A stretch of DNA of 17,514 nt from Azolla caroliniana (Eukaryota; Plantae; Polypodiophyta): NCBI GenBank assembly GCA_043228905.1, contig JBHGNT010000692.1, positions 1 to 17,514 of the forward strand. The letters are read 5' to 3'. The position numbers were made by a program, and so were the translations under genes. The notes beneath the pieces were generated by a model. That model searched no databases. It saw only the letters and a list, made by a program, of their open reading frames with translations, and had not been told where the DNA came from. This document shows, one piece after another, positions 1 through 9,363 of this stretch. Position 1 is the stretch's first letter. Each line of letters opens with the position of its first letter.

Positions 1-873
1 AAGAAAGGACAGTTGCAGAGCGACTTGGTATCAGAACAAAAACGGTCATGGCTCCAAGCCTTAGAAGAAAAAAGAAAGCATATTGAGGCCGCCAAGAAAT
101 ATGCCGCACAACAAGACACGTCATGGTGGGATGTATTTTATAGTGATTAGAAAGGAATTATAGACAATTGTGTATCTAGTGATAATTGGAATTTGGAAAC
201 ACCATTCACATGGTCGCTTCAACATGATCGCGTAAATAGAACTCCGGAGCAACTAGCAAATGCGATTAATGACAACTTAGTCCATCCACAACAAAGAGAC
301 ATTTATGTGGGACCAAGGATGACCAAAGTAGCCGAAGCTAGATGGCAAGGCAATTTGCAAGAGCTCACCGCGGGGATGTTGATTGCAACGCCGACTGATG
401 AGAACTCACATGGCCACCAATTTTGGGTTGGTAAAATTCTAGAAGTGCTAATGCATGAAATAGAAAACACGATCAAGTCTATAAATGTTCATTGGTACAA
501 CACTAGAAGTGCAAATGCTTTTACAGGTAAGTATACATTGGAAATGATTGAATGCCCAACAAGAAGGGGAGGTAGGAAGAGGAAGCGAAACATTCGTAAC
601 ACCTCGACCCTTGATATCTCTGATGTGGATATCATCGTGTACGACTTCACACTTACAAAAGCCGGACGATTAAGGAAGTCAACAATAGATATAATAAAAG
701 AAAAATTACCAGGTCTACAAGGTGGCTCGAGTCAAAGGCAAACGAGATCTGCTACATATAATCCAGAGTCAAACCATTTGGTTTATGACGAAGATAATGC
801 ACTGATTGGTACATCCGAGGATGATGAGGAGGAATCGTCATTGTATATTAGTTATAGTAGTGATTCTCCGTAA
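1..873 (+). pseudogene. 3' part of a probable DNA-transposon ORF with a BAH-like beta-domain, a basic NLS-like patch and an acidic tail; 5' end is outside the window
   Basis: Frame 1 is open from base 1 to TAA 871-873 apart from one TAG at 148-150 (plausibly CAG>TAG). GMLIATPTD..FWVGKILEV..INVHWY resembles the BAH pattern. Also RRGGRKRKRNIR and a D/E/S-rich C-terminus. No introns, and followed by subterminal-type repeats. Family not certain. Confidence 0.5.
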
Positions 874-1774
874 AGGAGTGATCATGAATGTATATTTGGC
901 TATTAAGTGTAACTACATTCCGCTTGTAACAAATAGAGTAATATAAAAGCATGTGTTTTGAATTCTTATGATTTCTAAAAAATTGTTTCTTATAAAATAA
1001 CATTGGTTGTAAAGTTTGTGATATAAATTGAGAATGTATCTTTTTGAAATTCGTCTTTTTTTAGTTACTTCTAAATCACGAAAATAATGGATTTTTAACC
1101 TTTTTCATAGTATGTTTGAACATGTATGATACTGGTATCAATGTGTTTTGTAAAATCATTGAAAAAGCCCTAAAATCAACCAAAATTTCCCTTATCCTTC
1201 CATTTATGCACGATCCTTCCACTTGTGAACGCGAACGTGTTCTAAGAGGCATTCGGCAATATGTGAGGCTAAGAAGCTTCTATGTTTGCATTGTGATGGC
1301 TTGACATTGGCTTCAAGGGACTCTAATGTTGATTGCAGCAAAAATTATGGGTGTATTTTGCCATCCACTGAACAAGAGCCATGATCTCTAGCTTTTTGTT
1401 TAGATCTTGTGATTTTTAGGGTTGTCATGTTTTTGGTGGTTCACATTTTTAGGGTGGCTCACATTTGAAAGTGGTTACAATCTGAATGTCTGCATTATTG
1501 GTCTTGCAGAATATATGTGATCTTTGAAGTTTTTGGTCACTTTAGAAATTCTTTTGATGCCTGAAATTTTTATAATGGCTTAAATTTTTATGGTGGATGA
1601 AATCTGAGAAGATTCATTGTTTGCGATGAACTTTGACTTTTGCTATAGATCCAATATTTTTTGAAGTTTTTGGTGTCTACAGTTTTAAATGTAAAACTAA
1701 GGTATTTTGATCTTTGAATATGTTTTTGAAATTTTTTGGTGATATTTGAAGTTTCTAGTCGCTTCAGAAATTTC

Positions 1775-2047
1775 AGTTGGGTTAGATGTAGGTGCGGGGG
1801 TCGAGTTAGAAAAAAAGTTAGTCGAGTTAACAACATTGGGTTGGGTTAGACATGACAAAGGCAAGATCTAAGTTGGGTTGGACGTGACAAACACAAGGGC
1901 AAAGCTAGGTTAGACGTGGCAGAGGCTGTTGGATATAGGTCAATTAGAGTTGAGAAACATAAGGACAGAGCCGGGTTAAACACGGCGAAGGCTATTGGAC
2001 TGAGCCGGGTTAAACACGACGAAGGTTGTTGGACTGAGCCGAGTTAG
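1775..2047. repeat. Degenerate-to-perfect repeat series (core RGYYRRGTTR) ending in about 2.3 copies of a 34-bp unit; likely transposon subterminal repeats
   Basis: gagccgggttaaacacggcgaaggctattggact at 1968-2001, a near-identical copy at 2002-2035 and a partial copy at 2036-2047. More diverged cores lie near 1775, 1799, 1820, 1838, 1870 and 1902. Confidence 0.8.
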
Positions 2048-2212
2048 TCACGGGCCTACGTGCTCTTTGTGAACTGCGCTCTTTCGGGGTGCGTTGACCA
2101 CAATTCCTTCACCAGGCCTCTTTATTATTTGGATGGCAAAAAGGACATGATCGGAAGGAATAAATGAATGGATATATAATAAGAGCGGATCGATCAATGG
2201 ATTGTATGTAGA

Positions 2213-2235
2213 GATAGATAGATAGATAGATAGAT
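2213..2235. repeat. (GATA)5 microsatellite in a simple-repeat-rich spacer that also has (TAG)n and (AAG)n
   Basis: Read directly from the sequence. Confidence 0.95.
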
Positions 2236-2470
2236 GTCATCCATCGTACATAATATCTTTTATTCTTCCTATTTATTATTATTAGTAGTAGTAGAAGAAG
2301 AAGACTGAAGAAGTAGTAGTACATATGTACATCGACGTGTCTAACTACTACCAAATATTTAAGAGGGAATCACGGGCGCAGATGGTGCAAGTCGCATCGT
2401 TGATGGCGTGTGCGATCTCCACTGTCCAATCTGGATAAAAAAAAGCGCGTGCTCAAGTTTTCACTTTATG

Positions 2471-2609
2471 GGAGCCCGACTTACAAGAGGGAGGAGCCCG
2501 ATTCTAACCTATATATATGTTGTTGTGTGAGAAGAGAAATTTGAAATTTTATTTTTCTTTTGAGCAAGGGCGGGGAAACAGAGAAACCGTAACAGTCGGT
2601 TTAGGGTTT
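2471..2609 (+). promoter_or_regulatory. Putative promoter of the element's first gene: two GGAGCCCGAYT motifs, TATA-like run, telo-box
   Basis: GGAGCCCGACT 2471-2481, GGAGCCCGATT 2493-2503, TATATATAT 2510-2518, TTAGGGTTT 2601-2609 (reverse complement of telo-box AAACCCTAA), ATG at 2619. Confidence 0.4.
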
Positions 2610-2618
2610 AGTACGCAT

Positions 2619-2744
2619 ATGGATAGTCGAAATTCCTCTGAGAACAAAGAAAATAAGGAGACTTCAACTATTCTCGAACCATCCGAACCAAAACTTCCTC
2701 TTGATTCAACCTCCATCTCCAACACTTACTGTGACAAAGAAAAG
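2619..2744 (+). CDS. Candidate first exon (MDSRNSSENKENKE...CDKEK), possibly of the Ulp1-like gene
   Basis: ATG 2619 follows the TATA run and telo-box. 42 hydrophilic codons end at an AAG|GTAACT donor. Other candidate small exons with compatible phase are 3642-3651 (GTGAGT donor) and 3749-3814 (GTAAGT donor). Linkage is unproven. Confidence 0.3.
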
Positions 2745-2797
2745 GTAACTACTTCCTCTTCCTTTCTTCTTCTTCTAAGCAATTATAATGATGGGAA

Positions 2798-2891
2798 GAT
2801 GTCACCATGTCACCATCATCATCAGCATCATCCATTATATTGTTTAATGATGTCACCATCACCATCATCATCATCCATTATATTGTTTAAT
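2798..2891. repeat. Imperfect tandem duplication (about 51 and 43 bp) containing CAT/CAC triplets
   Basis: gatgtcaccat...catcatccattatattgtttaat at 2798-2848 and again at 2849-2891. Confidence 0.85.
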
Positions 2892-4235
2892 CGATAATGA
2901 TGAAAAGGTACATTATTCCTCGTCCTCGTCTTTCTCTTCTTCTTCTGCAACCATTTTCTAATCATAATGATGGAAAGTTACAACTTTTCTTAACCTAATA
3001 TCATCCTTAGAAATAAATTTGTTTCCATTAATGTATTCATTATTTCATTGTTATATTCTTGAATGAAGTTTTTTCGTCATTATTTAAAATTGTCTTGTGT
3101 TCAATCTCATGTTGGTTTGCTTTTTCTTTTTGCTATTGCTACCACCTACCATCCACCTACATCCTTAGATTTCTCAGTTGAGGTCACCTTACTTTAGTGT
3201 ACATAGCCAAGTTCAAGATAGAACCTTTACCTCTCCATGCCTTCATTCCATTATGAGCATGAGGCAAAAGGCTCTTTACTGAAACATTTAAGTTGTCTCA
3301 GTTATTAGGTTTGTGGTAACTAACCCAACCCTTGCAACCCTACCTTGCCTTACTGGAGCATTGCTCTGGCTTCACAACTGCATTTCTAATACTTATGATG
3401 GTAGCCATTCTTGGAAAATTGCAAGAACAGATGATGTCACAGAAACGATTCTTGGTGTTTCTGCCTATCAAAGATTTATGATTGTACTAGATATAAGCCT
3501 GAAATAAATACAAAGAAGACTAAGTTTAAAGACCAAAACAATCAGATAGCAAGTAATTTTTAAGTTAGGTCCAGACCTCAATTTCAAGTACTATCATTAA
3601 TCTAGAAAACAGTAAGTGTAATGACACAAATTATCTTACAGAATTTGCAGGGTGAGTTATATAACTATAAATCGTCTATTCTGTATATAACACTAAAAAT
3701 AATAACACAATGAATTTATGTACTAAAGTTATCTATCTTGTAGTGTAGATGGGTCGATATCCTCTATTGAAGTCTTTTTATGGAAGTTCACCAAGACTGA
3801 TGTTAATATTTTTCGTAAGTTTTTTCCTTTCTAGGAAGCATCTCAGGATCACCTCAATAGGTCAATTCCAAATGGAAACCTATGATTGTGAGAATTTAGG
3901 GTTTATGTGTAAAGGAATAGAGGTGCATTTGTAAGCCAGGATGAGAGTTTTCTTGCTGTATATAAATCACAAGCATAAAAGACAAGGATCAGAATGATTA
4001 TGGTTGTTTGTTTGCATTCTCTTTAGAGAAAGATACATATATATTACTGTAAAAGGTATACATCAAACCGCTAGATGCAAAGTGTGTCAAGGCCTTGTCT
4101 TTATGACATGTATATAAAACAGTTGTCTAATTAAGAGAAGTTTGAGATGTGCATGTGAATCATCCTATAGATTGGAATTCACCCTATTAAATATATAAGG
4201 TTTAGGGTTTACCAAAAAACTTATTTCACTAATAG

Positions 4236-5319
4236 AGCTCATAATGTTCATCGAAGTATTACAAAGAGAACATTAAAAACGAGGGTGCAAGAGATGACTA
4301 CTAGGAGTATATTGCCATTGGAAGATGTAATACCAGATGCTTCTAGTGCTGAGGAAGCTCTTGAATTTCCTACCATAGCTATCAAAATATGCTTCTAGTG
4401 CTAAGAGTGAGGACATTGGGATTGTCTTTGTTGGTCCTAGGACAATCACGAAAACATGGGATAACACAACAAAAAATAAGTTCACTAGGTATGTCGTTAT
4501 GGTGGGGGCATGTGATCAAAAGTTAACTTCATGTATTTTTATACTTGCTAATGTGGCCTAATAAACAGGTTTCAGGTGGCTTATCGAAGAATAGATCTAG
4601 CGGTCTTTTTTACTGAGGTAGAACTATGTTCGTTGTGCACTGCAGGGGAGATGGCATCCACGTTGACAATGACCCTCTTCCACTTATGGATGGAGTACTC
4701 ACTACCCCCCGAGATCAACAAGCGGCTTCATATTGTTGATCCATTATGGGTACAACTAGTAGAGCAACGTCATAAGGTAGAAAACATACTCACTCGGGTC
4801 CGTGAACGGGAATATCTCTTCATTCCAATATTGTACTCGGGGCATTGGGTGCTTTGGATGAAGATGCAACAGACTACTACGGGTTTCGAAGCCAAGAAGG
4901 TCAGGAGCCCAATTTCTTTTTGTGATCCACTAAATAATCATCCAACTACCGACATGAAGACATTGCGTGTTTTGGTTGTACGACATATCTCTAGTGCCAC
5001 GCATGACCATTGCATCATCAGTGATGAACGGTTCCATGTATTACATATCCCGACCCAACCTAATGGGACAAATTGTGGGTATTACATGATGCAAACAATT
5101 CGGATGTTGGTTGAGGAGTTCATTCAAGGATTTGAGTCTAGTTATTTTGTAAGTATCCCTTAGGATTGAATATGAACATTTGTTTTTGTAAGGGGTTAGG
5201 GTTGATGGTATTTTGTGGTGCAGGTTAAGGAGCAATGGTTTGGATTCGAAGACGTGGAGCTCCTTTGAAAAATCATGGCAAAATGGGCACGAAGGACTCT
5301 AGGCTTAGGGTTATTTTAA
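4236..5319 (+). pseudogene. Ulp1-like (peptidase C48, SUMO/Ubl protease) gene, spliced and disrupted; exons ~4236-4488, 4569-5148, 5224-5319
   Basis: Catalytic motifs YLFIPILYSGHWVL (His), FCDPL (Asp) and PTQPNGTNCGYYM (Gln, Cys) are all present. GT-AG introns 4489-4568 and 5149-5223 have matching phases. There is an apparent +1 frameshift in the A-run 4384-4387 and a premature TGA at 5266-5268 (likely CGA, in DVELL-R). Terminal TAA at 5317-5319. Confidence 0.85.
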
Positions 5320-5804
5320 TCATTCGGAGTTGTATTTTGTAACATCAAATATATGATCTCGATGTACTATCTAATGCAGTTGCTAGCCTTTTTTGTATAT
5401 TCTAGAACCAAGGTTGCCACCAATGTTGTATTTTGGAATCAAGGTTGCACGCTTTCTTTGTATATTATTGGCCATATCAATATAGTTAATTTTGTAATCT
5501 CAAATCAACATTTGAATGTCATTTTGGTTGTATATGACTCAATGTGAATTTATTTCATTCTTGATTCATACCTATATAAACTGTGTATGCAATGCTTTAG
5601 TAAAAGCTAGTTTCTTGGTTGGAGTTCTTCAAAGAGTTGAAATAATCCTCTGCTATTGTTGAATACGCCAAAGTAAGTCAATAATGAAGGATAGGCTTTG
5701 TGAACACACACTAAGGTACACAAAGTAATCTACAATAATGTTATATGGGGAAGTTCAAGATTATGTTCGAAATCCTCACAAATTTTCAACATTCCAAATT
5801 TTCC

Positions 5805-6156
5805 AATGAGGAGCCCGACTCATATCAAAAGAGGGAGCCCTACTGATTAATGAGGAGCCCGGCTCATATCAAAGGAGGGAGCCCTACTGATTAATGAGGA
5901 GCCCGAATCATATCAAAGGAGGGAGCCCTACTGATTAATGAGGAGCCCGAATCATATCAAAGGAGGGAGCCCTACTGATTAATGAGGAGCCCGAATCATA
6001 TTAAAGGAGGGAGCCCTACTGATTAATGAGGAGCTCGACTCATATCAAAGGAGGGAGCCTGACTGATTAATGAGGAGCCTGACTCATATCAAAGGAGGGA
6101 GCCTGACTGATTAATGAGGAGCCTGACTCATATCAAAGGAGGGAGCATGACTGATT
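5805..6156. repeat. Tandem array of 8 x 44 bp, each unit holding two GGAGCCC-centred half-units
   Basis: Consensus aatgaggagcccgactcatatcaaaggagggagccctactgatt. Units start at 5805, 5849, 5893, 5937, 5981, 6025, 6069 and 6113, with only substitutions between units. Confidence 0.97.
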
Positions 6157-6224
6157 AATAGGCAGGTGCCCAACTACGTGAAATGATGGCATTGCAACGA
6201 TCATACTAACGATCACACTAAATT

Positions 6225-6555
6225 GATTCACTGCTAGTCACTAACTCATTCACTAAGAGCTGAAATCATTCACTTCATTCACAGTCTATTAATCACTCGC
6301 AATGATTTCATTCATCGTAGAGATTAATCAAACCACAGATTCAATCATTCACGAACAATTGGCATGATTCTCGATCATTCACTAAGAGTTGAAATCAGTC
6401 TCGAAGTGTTGAAATCATTGAAGAAATTGAAATCATCCACTTCATTCATGTGCATTATCGATTATGTTCGAATTCATTTGAACTTCAATTATTGGCATTC
6501 ATTTGAGTTCATTCACTTTATTCATTGGCATAATTACTCACATTCCCTTCACTCG
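6225..6555. repeat. TCATTCAC / TGAAATCA-rich cryptic repeat region in the transposase leader
   Basis: Many (T)CATTCA(C/T) words. A 23-bp direct repeat tcattcactaagagYtgaaatca occurs at 6246-6268 and 6375-6397. Confidence 0.7.
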
Positions 6556-6580
6556 CCGTAGTAATCAACCACAACCATCT

Positions 6581-8580
6581 ATGGAGAGCACAATGCATCA
6601 TGGTGTCTTTGCCATGTTGGAAGATGAATTGGAGGATACATCATGGTCGTCCAGTGCATCGTTTGTATTTGAGGATGAATTGGAGATGCCTTTTGAGTCA
6701 TCTGAATCCGATCATGAGGATGAGGCGGTGGATCCCTTCATGTATTGTTCCCCCAGGTATTTTTCATTCTCAAGAGGTGTGTATGATTTGATGGTTAAAG
6801 ATTTATTGGGAGAAGTTAAAGTAACATTAGAAGCATTACGTGATGTCGCAAGGGGTGCACCTCTCAATCTCCATGCATGGAGGCACATGAAGAGTCGTCT
6901 CATACTCGGGAATGCGAGTGCAATCTACCTTAAGGCATCACCTAATCTTCAAGTAATATATGTCGAGAAATGGAGGGAGGTAGTATTAGCGTCACATGGT
7001 GACACATCACATCACACATATTCAAAGACTCTTAAAGAGTTAAAGCAGGATTACACGACTGATGTACGTGATTATGGCATCACAACGGAGTACGTAAAAG
7101 CACTCATTAGAAGTTGTGGTTGCCAAATGGTGTCGAAGGTTGACATGAACGAAAGTTTGGGATCGAGCATGGTCAAATATAACAAGACCCTACCCATAGA
7201 AGTGATCATTGTAGAAACCCACCAGCTAGATGCTAGACTCACGGATTTGCAAACCAAGTATCATCCACGCTTAAGGAAAGGAGTCAAGATGGGTATGCAT
7301 GTGTGTGACTAGGTATAGTTGTCATCGTGCTGGGACATCTCGACTTGCATCTAATTCCACTCGGCGACGCAAGTGCACATCTCGATGTGGGTGTACATTC
7401 CACGTGGACGTTAGAATGAATGACGGGGTCGACAATGAGACACTGACCATTTCAATATATGGACCTCATAGTGGTCATGTACCATGTAGTAGGTCGGATG
7501 TGTACCATTTGCCAACACACCCCAATGTCATTAGTTGCTGCAAAGATGACCTATTTGATGTTGGGTGTGCAAGGCATGTGGCACGAATGAGCATGCGTAA
7601 GGAAGCATATCATAAGTCCAAGGCTAGTCCCCAACACCATGGGATTTGGGATCCCATTATGGTACATGCTTTGTAGTTCTGATAAGGGGTCAAACCATGA
7701 GCAAGTTGCATTAGAAACTTGCTTGAGAGTTATATTCGCAAGGATGCCCACGGTGAGGCCAAATGCGATAGTGATTAATAAATGTTGGACATCATATAAT
7801 GCCATAACTAATGTGGTTGCAACATACCATCAATCATGGATTGTTATAAATGGACAATGGTCACAAACACATTGTCAACTTTTGTTGTGTCAGTTTCACG
7901 CCAAAAAATCATGGGTGGACAACTTGTTGCCAAAAGTAAGTACAACTGAGAGAAGCCATCTTTATCAACGAATGTGCCAACTGATGCAATGCATTACTGA
8001 GACAAGCCCGGTGTTTGGCAATATATAGAAGGAGGATGGTGTGGTTTGACATGTGTGTGGAGGAAACTCTGGCCCAAGTTTGGTAGAATGTGTAACCACA
8101 GACATGTTGACACTACCAATATTGTGGAAAGACATTGGCAATTTATCAAATATACTGCCTTGAGAGGGAGAATAAACCAATCAATTACCGACCTTGTACA
8201 TGTCTTAATCGGGGACAGTGAAACTGGCACTTGCATCGGAGGAACGGTCGTAGAGTGGTACAGGCAACGACAAGAAATATGTGAGAGTGGTCGATTTGCA
8301 CCTCGTGCAAATTGTAGGGATCAAAGGTCCCGACTCAAAGAGGCCGAGAGAATATTGGAAAGGTATGTCAATGATACTTCCACAATGCATATTGTGGACG
8401 AGGCCCGATATTGGTTTAGAATCTTGAGCATGACGACTCCCACTCTATGGTATATACATAATGTCTCACTCCAATGCTCATATTGTGATTGCCAAGACCT
8501 TGCCTGCCAAGACCTTGCCGAGTAAATGCTTACATTTACTCGGTATCCAAATGATTATTGTGCGGCATATGCCACATTTA
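6581..8580 (+). pseudogene. MULE (Mutator-like) transposase pseudogene: acidic N-terminus, HHCC-like segment, WRKY-GCM1/FAR1-type Zn finger, MULE DDE domain, SWIM finger
   Basis: Stitched across ORFs 6503, 7299, 7639, 8046 and 8461. Motifs: YSCHRAG..RCGCTFHV..HSGH (Zn finger); GFGIPLW; IVINK at 7777 (second catalytic D apparently mutated to N); LLCQFH 7888-7899 (CxxH); DTTNIVERHW (catalytic E 8127-8129); YCDCQD..KCLHL (SWIM). Frameshifts near 7300, 7640, 8000 and 8520. The first-D region appears deleted near 7630. Confidence 0.88.
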
Positions 8581-8674
8581 TGTATGTATGTATGTATGTA
8601 TTTTACGAGAGAGCGCAACTTATCAAGCGCAAAAGAAGAAAGAAGAAGAAGAAAGAAGAAAGAAGAAGAAGAAG
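8579..8674. repeat. (TATG)5 at the TE junction (8579-8601) and a (GAA)n purine tract (8631-8674) in the probable 5' UTR
   Basis: Read directly; the GAA tract ends 2 bp before ATG 8677. Confidence 0.9.
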
Positions 8675-8676
8675 CG

Positions 8677-8849
8677 ATGGTCATCTCCTCTGCTCTCTCT
8701 GTCTTTCGCTCATCCTTCTCCCCCTCGCGGCTCCCTCACATGGATCGCAGTCAGTCTCTCCTGAACGTGAAAAACACACTTACACCTACCTATGGATCCT
8801 TCTCCATCCTCTCCTCTAGTCGCTTCAAGCTTCCTGCCTCCTCACACAG
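8677..8849 (+). CDS. Exon 1 of PAP phosphatase / inositol monophosphatase-family gene; organellar transit peptide
   Basis: MVISSALSVFRSSFSPSRL...ASSHR is Ser/Arg-rich and nearly lacks acidic residues. The AG|GTCTCC donor is phase 2 and joins exon 2 in frame (AG+A=Arg). Confidence 0.75.
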
Positions 8850-9319
8850 GTCTCCTCCCCATTTCCCACTCCTTTTTTTTTATTTCCAATTTCTTCTTTT
8901 CTCTACCAAAGCTTAACGGCCTCATGAATCCTTCAACCTTAAATTGGGCATTCCTTAACGTTCAGTTTTTATGTTTCTGTTTTCTTCATTCACCAATGCT
9001 TGAATTCATACATAAGTCGATCAAGGCGATTTTGAAATGAAACGAGAATTTAACTTGTAAAATGTATCAATGTTCTTAATAAACTAACTTCGAAAATGGT
9101 GTCTTGTGCATTGGAAATTCTGTTAGAAATTCACTTCCATTTTGTAGAAATGTTTGCTCCTTCATAACATATGTGCCAAGTCCTATTTTTATTGAGAGGA
9201 ATTACACTATTTTAATGAATCCTAATCCATTAGTGATTCAACATGTAATTATATAGAAAATCAGTCAGTGGACTCAACATCTAACAACTGAAACAACATT
9301 GGTTCTACATTTACCCTTG

Positions 9320-9322
<3 letters not shown>

Positions 9323-9358
<36 letters not shown>
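9323..9358. repeat. (AC)18 microsatellite in intron 1
   Basis: Read directly from the sequence. Confidence 0.95.

Positions 9359-9363
<5 letters not shown>

Larger units (their letters stand above)
2363..8580 (+). mobile_element. Decayed Mutator-like element with Ulp1 protease gene, internal tandem array and transposase; right end truncated, boundaries approximate
   Basis: Ulp1 and MULE-transposase remnants are co-oriented, an association known from Arabidopsis Kaonashi/VANDAL MULEs. The same GGAGCCCGACT motif lies upstream of both genes. The left end is tentatively placed at GAGGGAAT 2363. No right TIR or TSD is visible. Confidence 0.55.

Noticed and set aside
26-37. tRNA-Met primer-binding-site-like TGGTATCAGA
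   Set aside because: The match is imperfect, is not preceded by an LTR CA end, and lies inside an open coding frame.
2097-2375. caattccttc (2101-2110) and gagggaatc (2363-2371) as the TIR pair of one element
   Set aside because: The match is short and the two face outward, which fits the ends of two neighbouring elements at best. No TSD is visible.
2517-2897. 126-aa ORF with a His-rich stretch as a complete gene
   Set aside because: The portion after the 2745 donor is translated simple repeat and duplication; at most 2619-2744 is exon-like.
5805-6156. CRISPR array
   Set aside because: The units are contiguous near-identical repeats with no unique spacers, there are no cas genes, and the context is eukaryotic.
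6712-8684. Short minus-strand ORFs opposite the transposase
   Set aside because: These are antisense shadows of coding or low-complexity sequence with no recognisable motifs.
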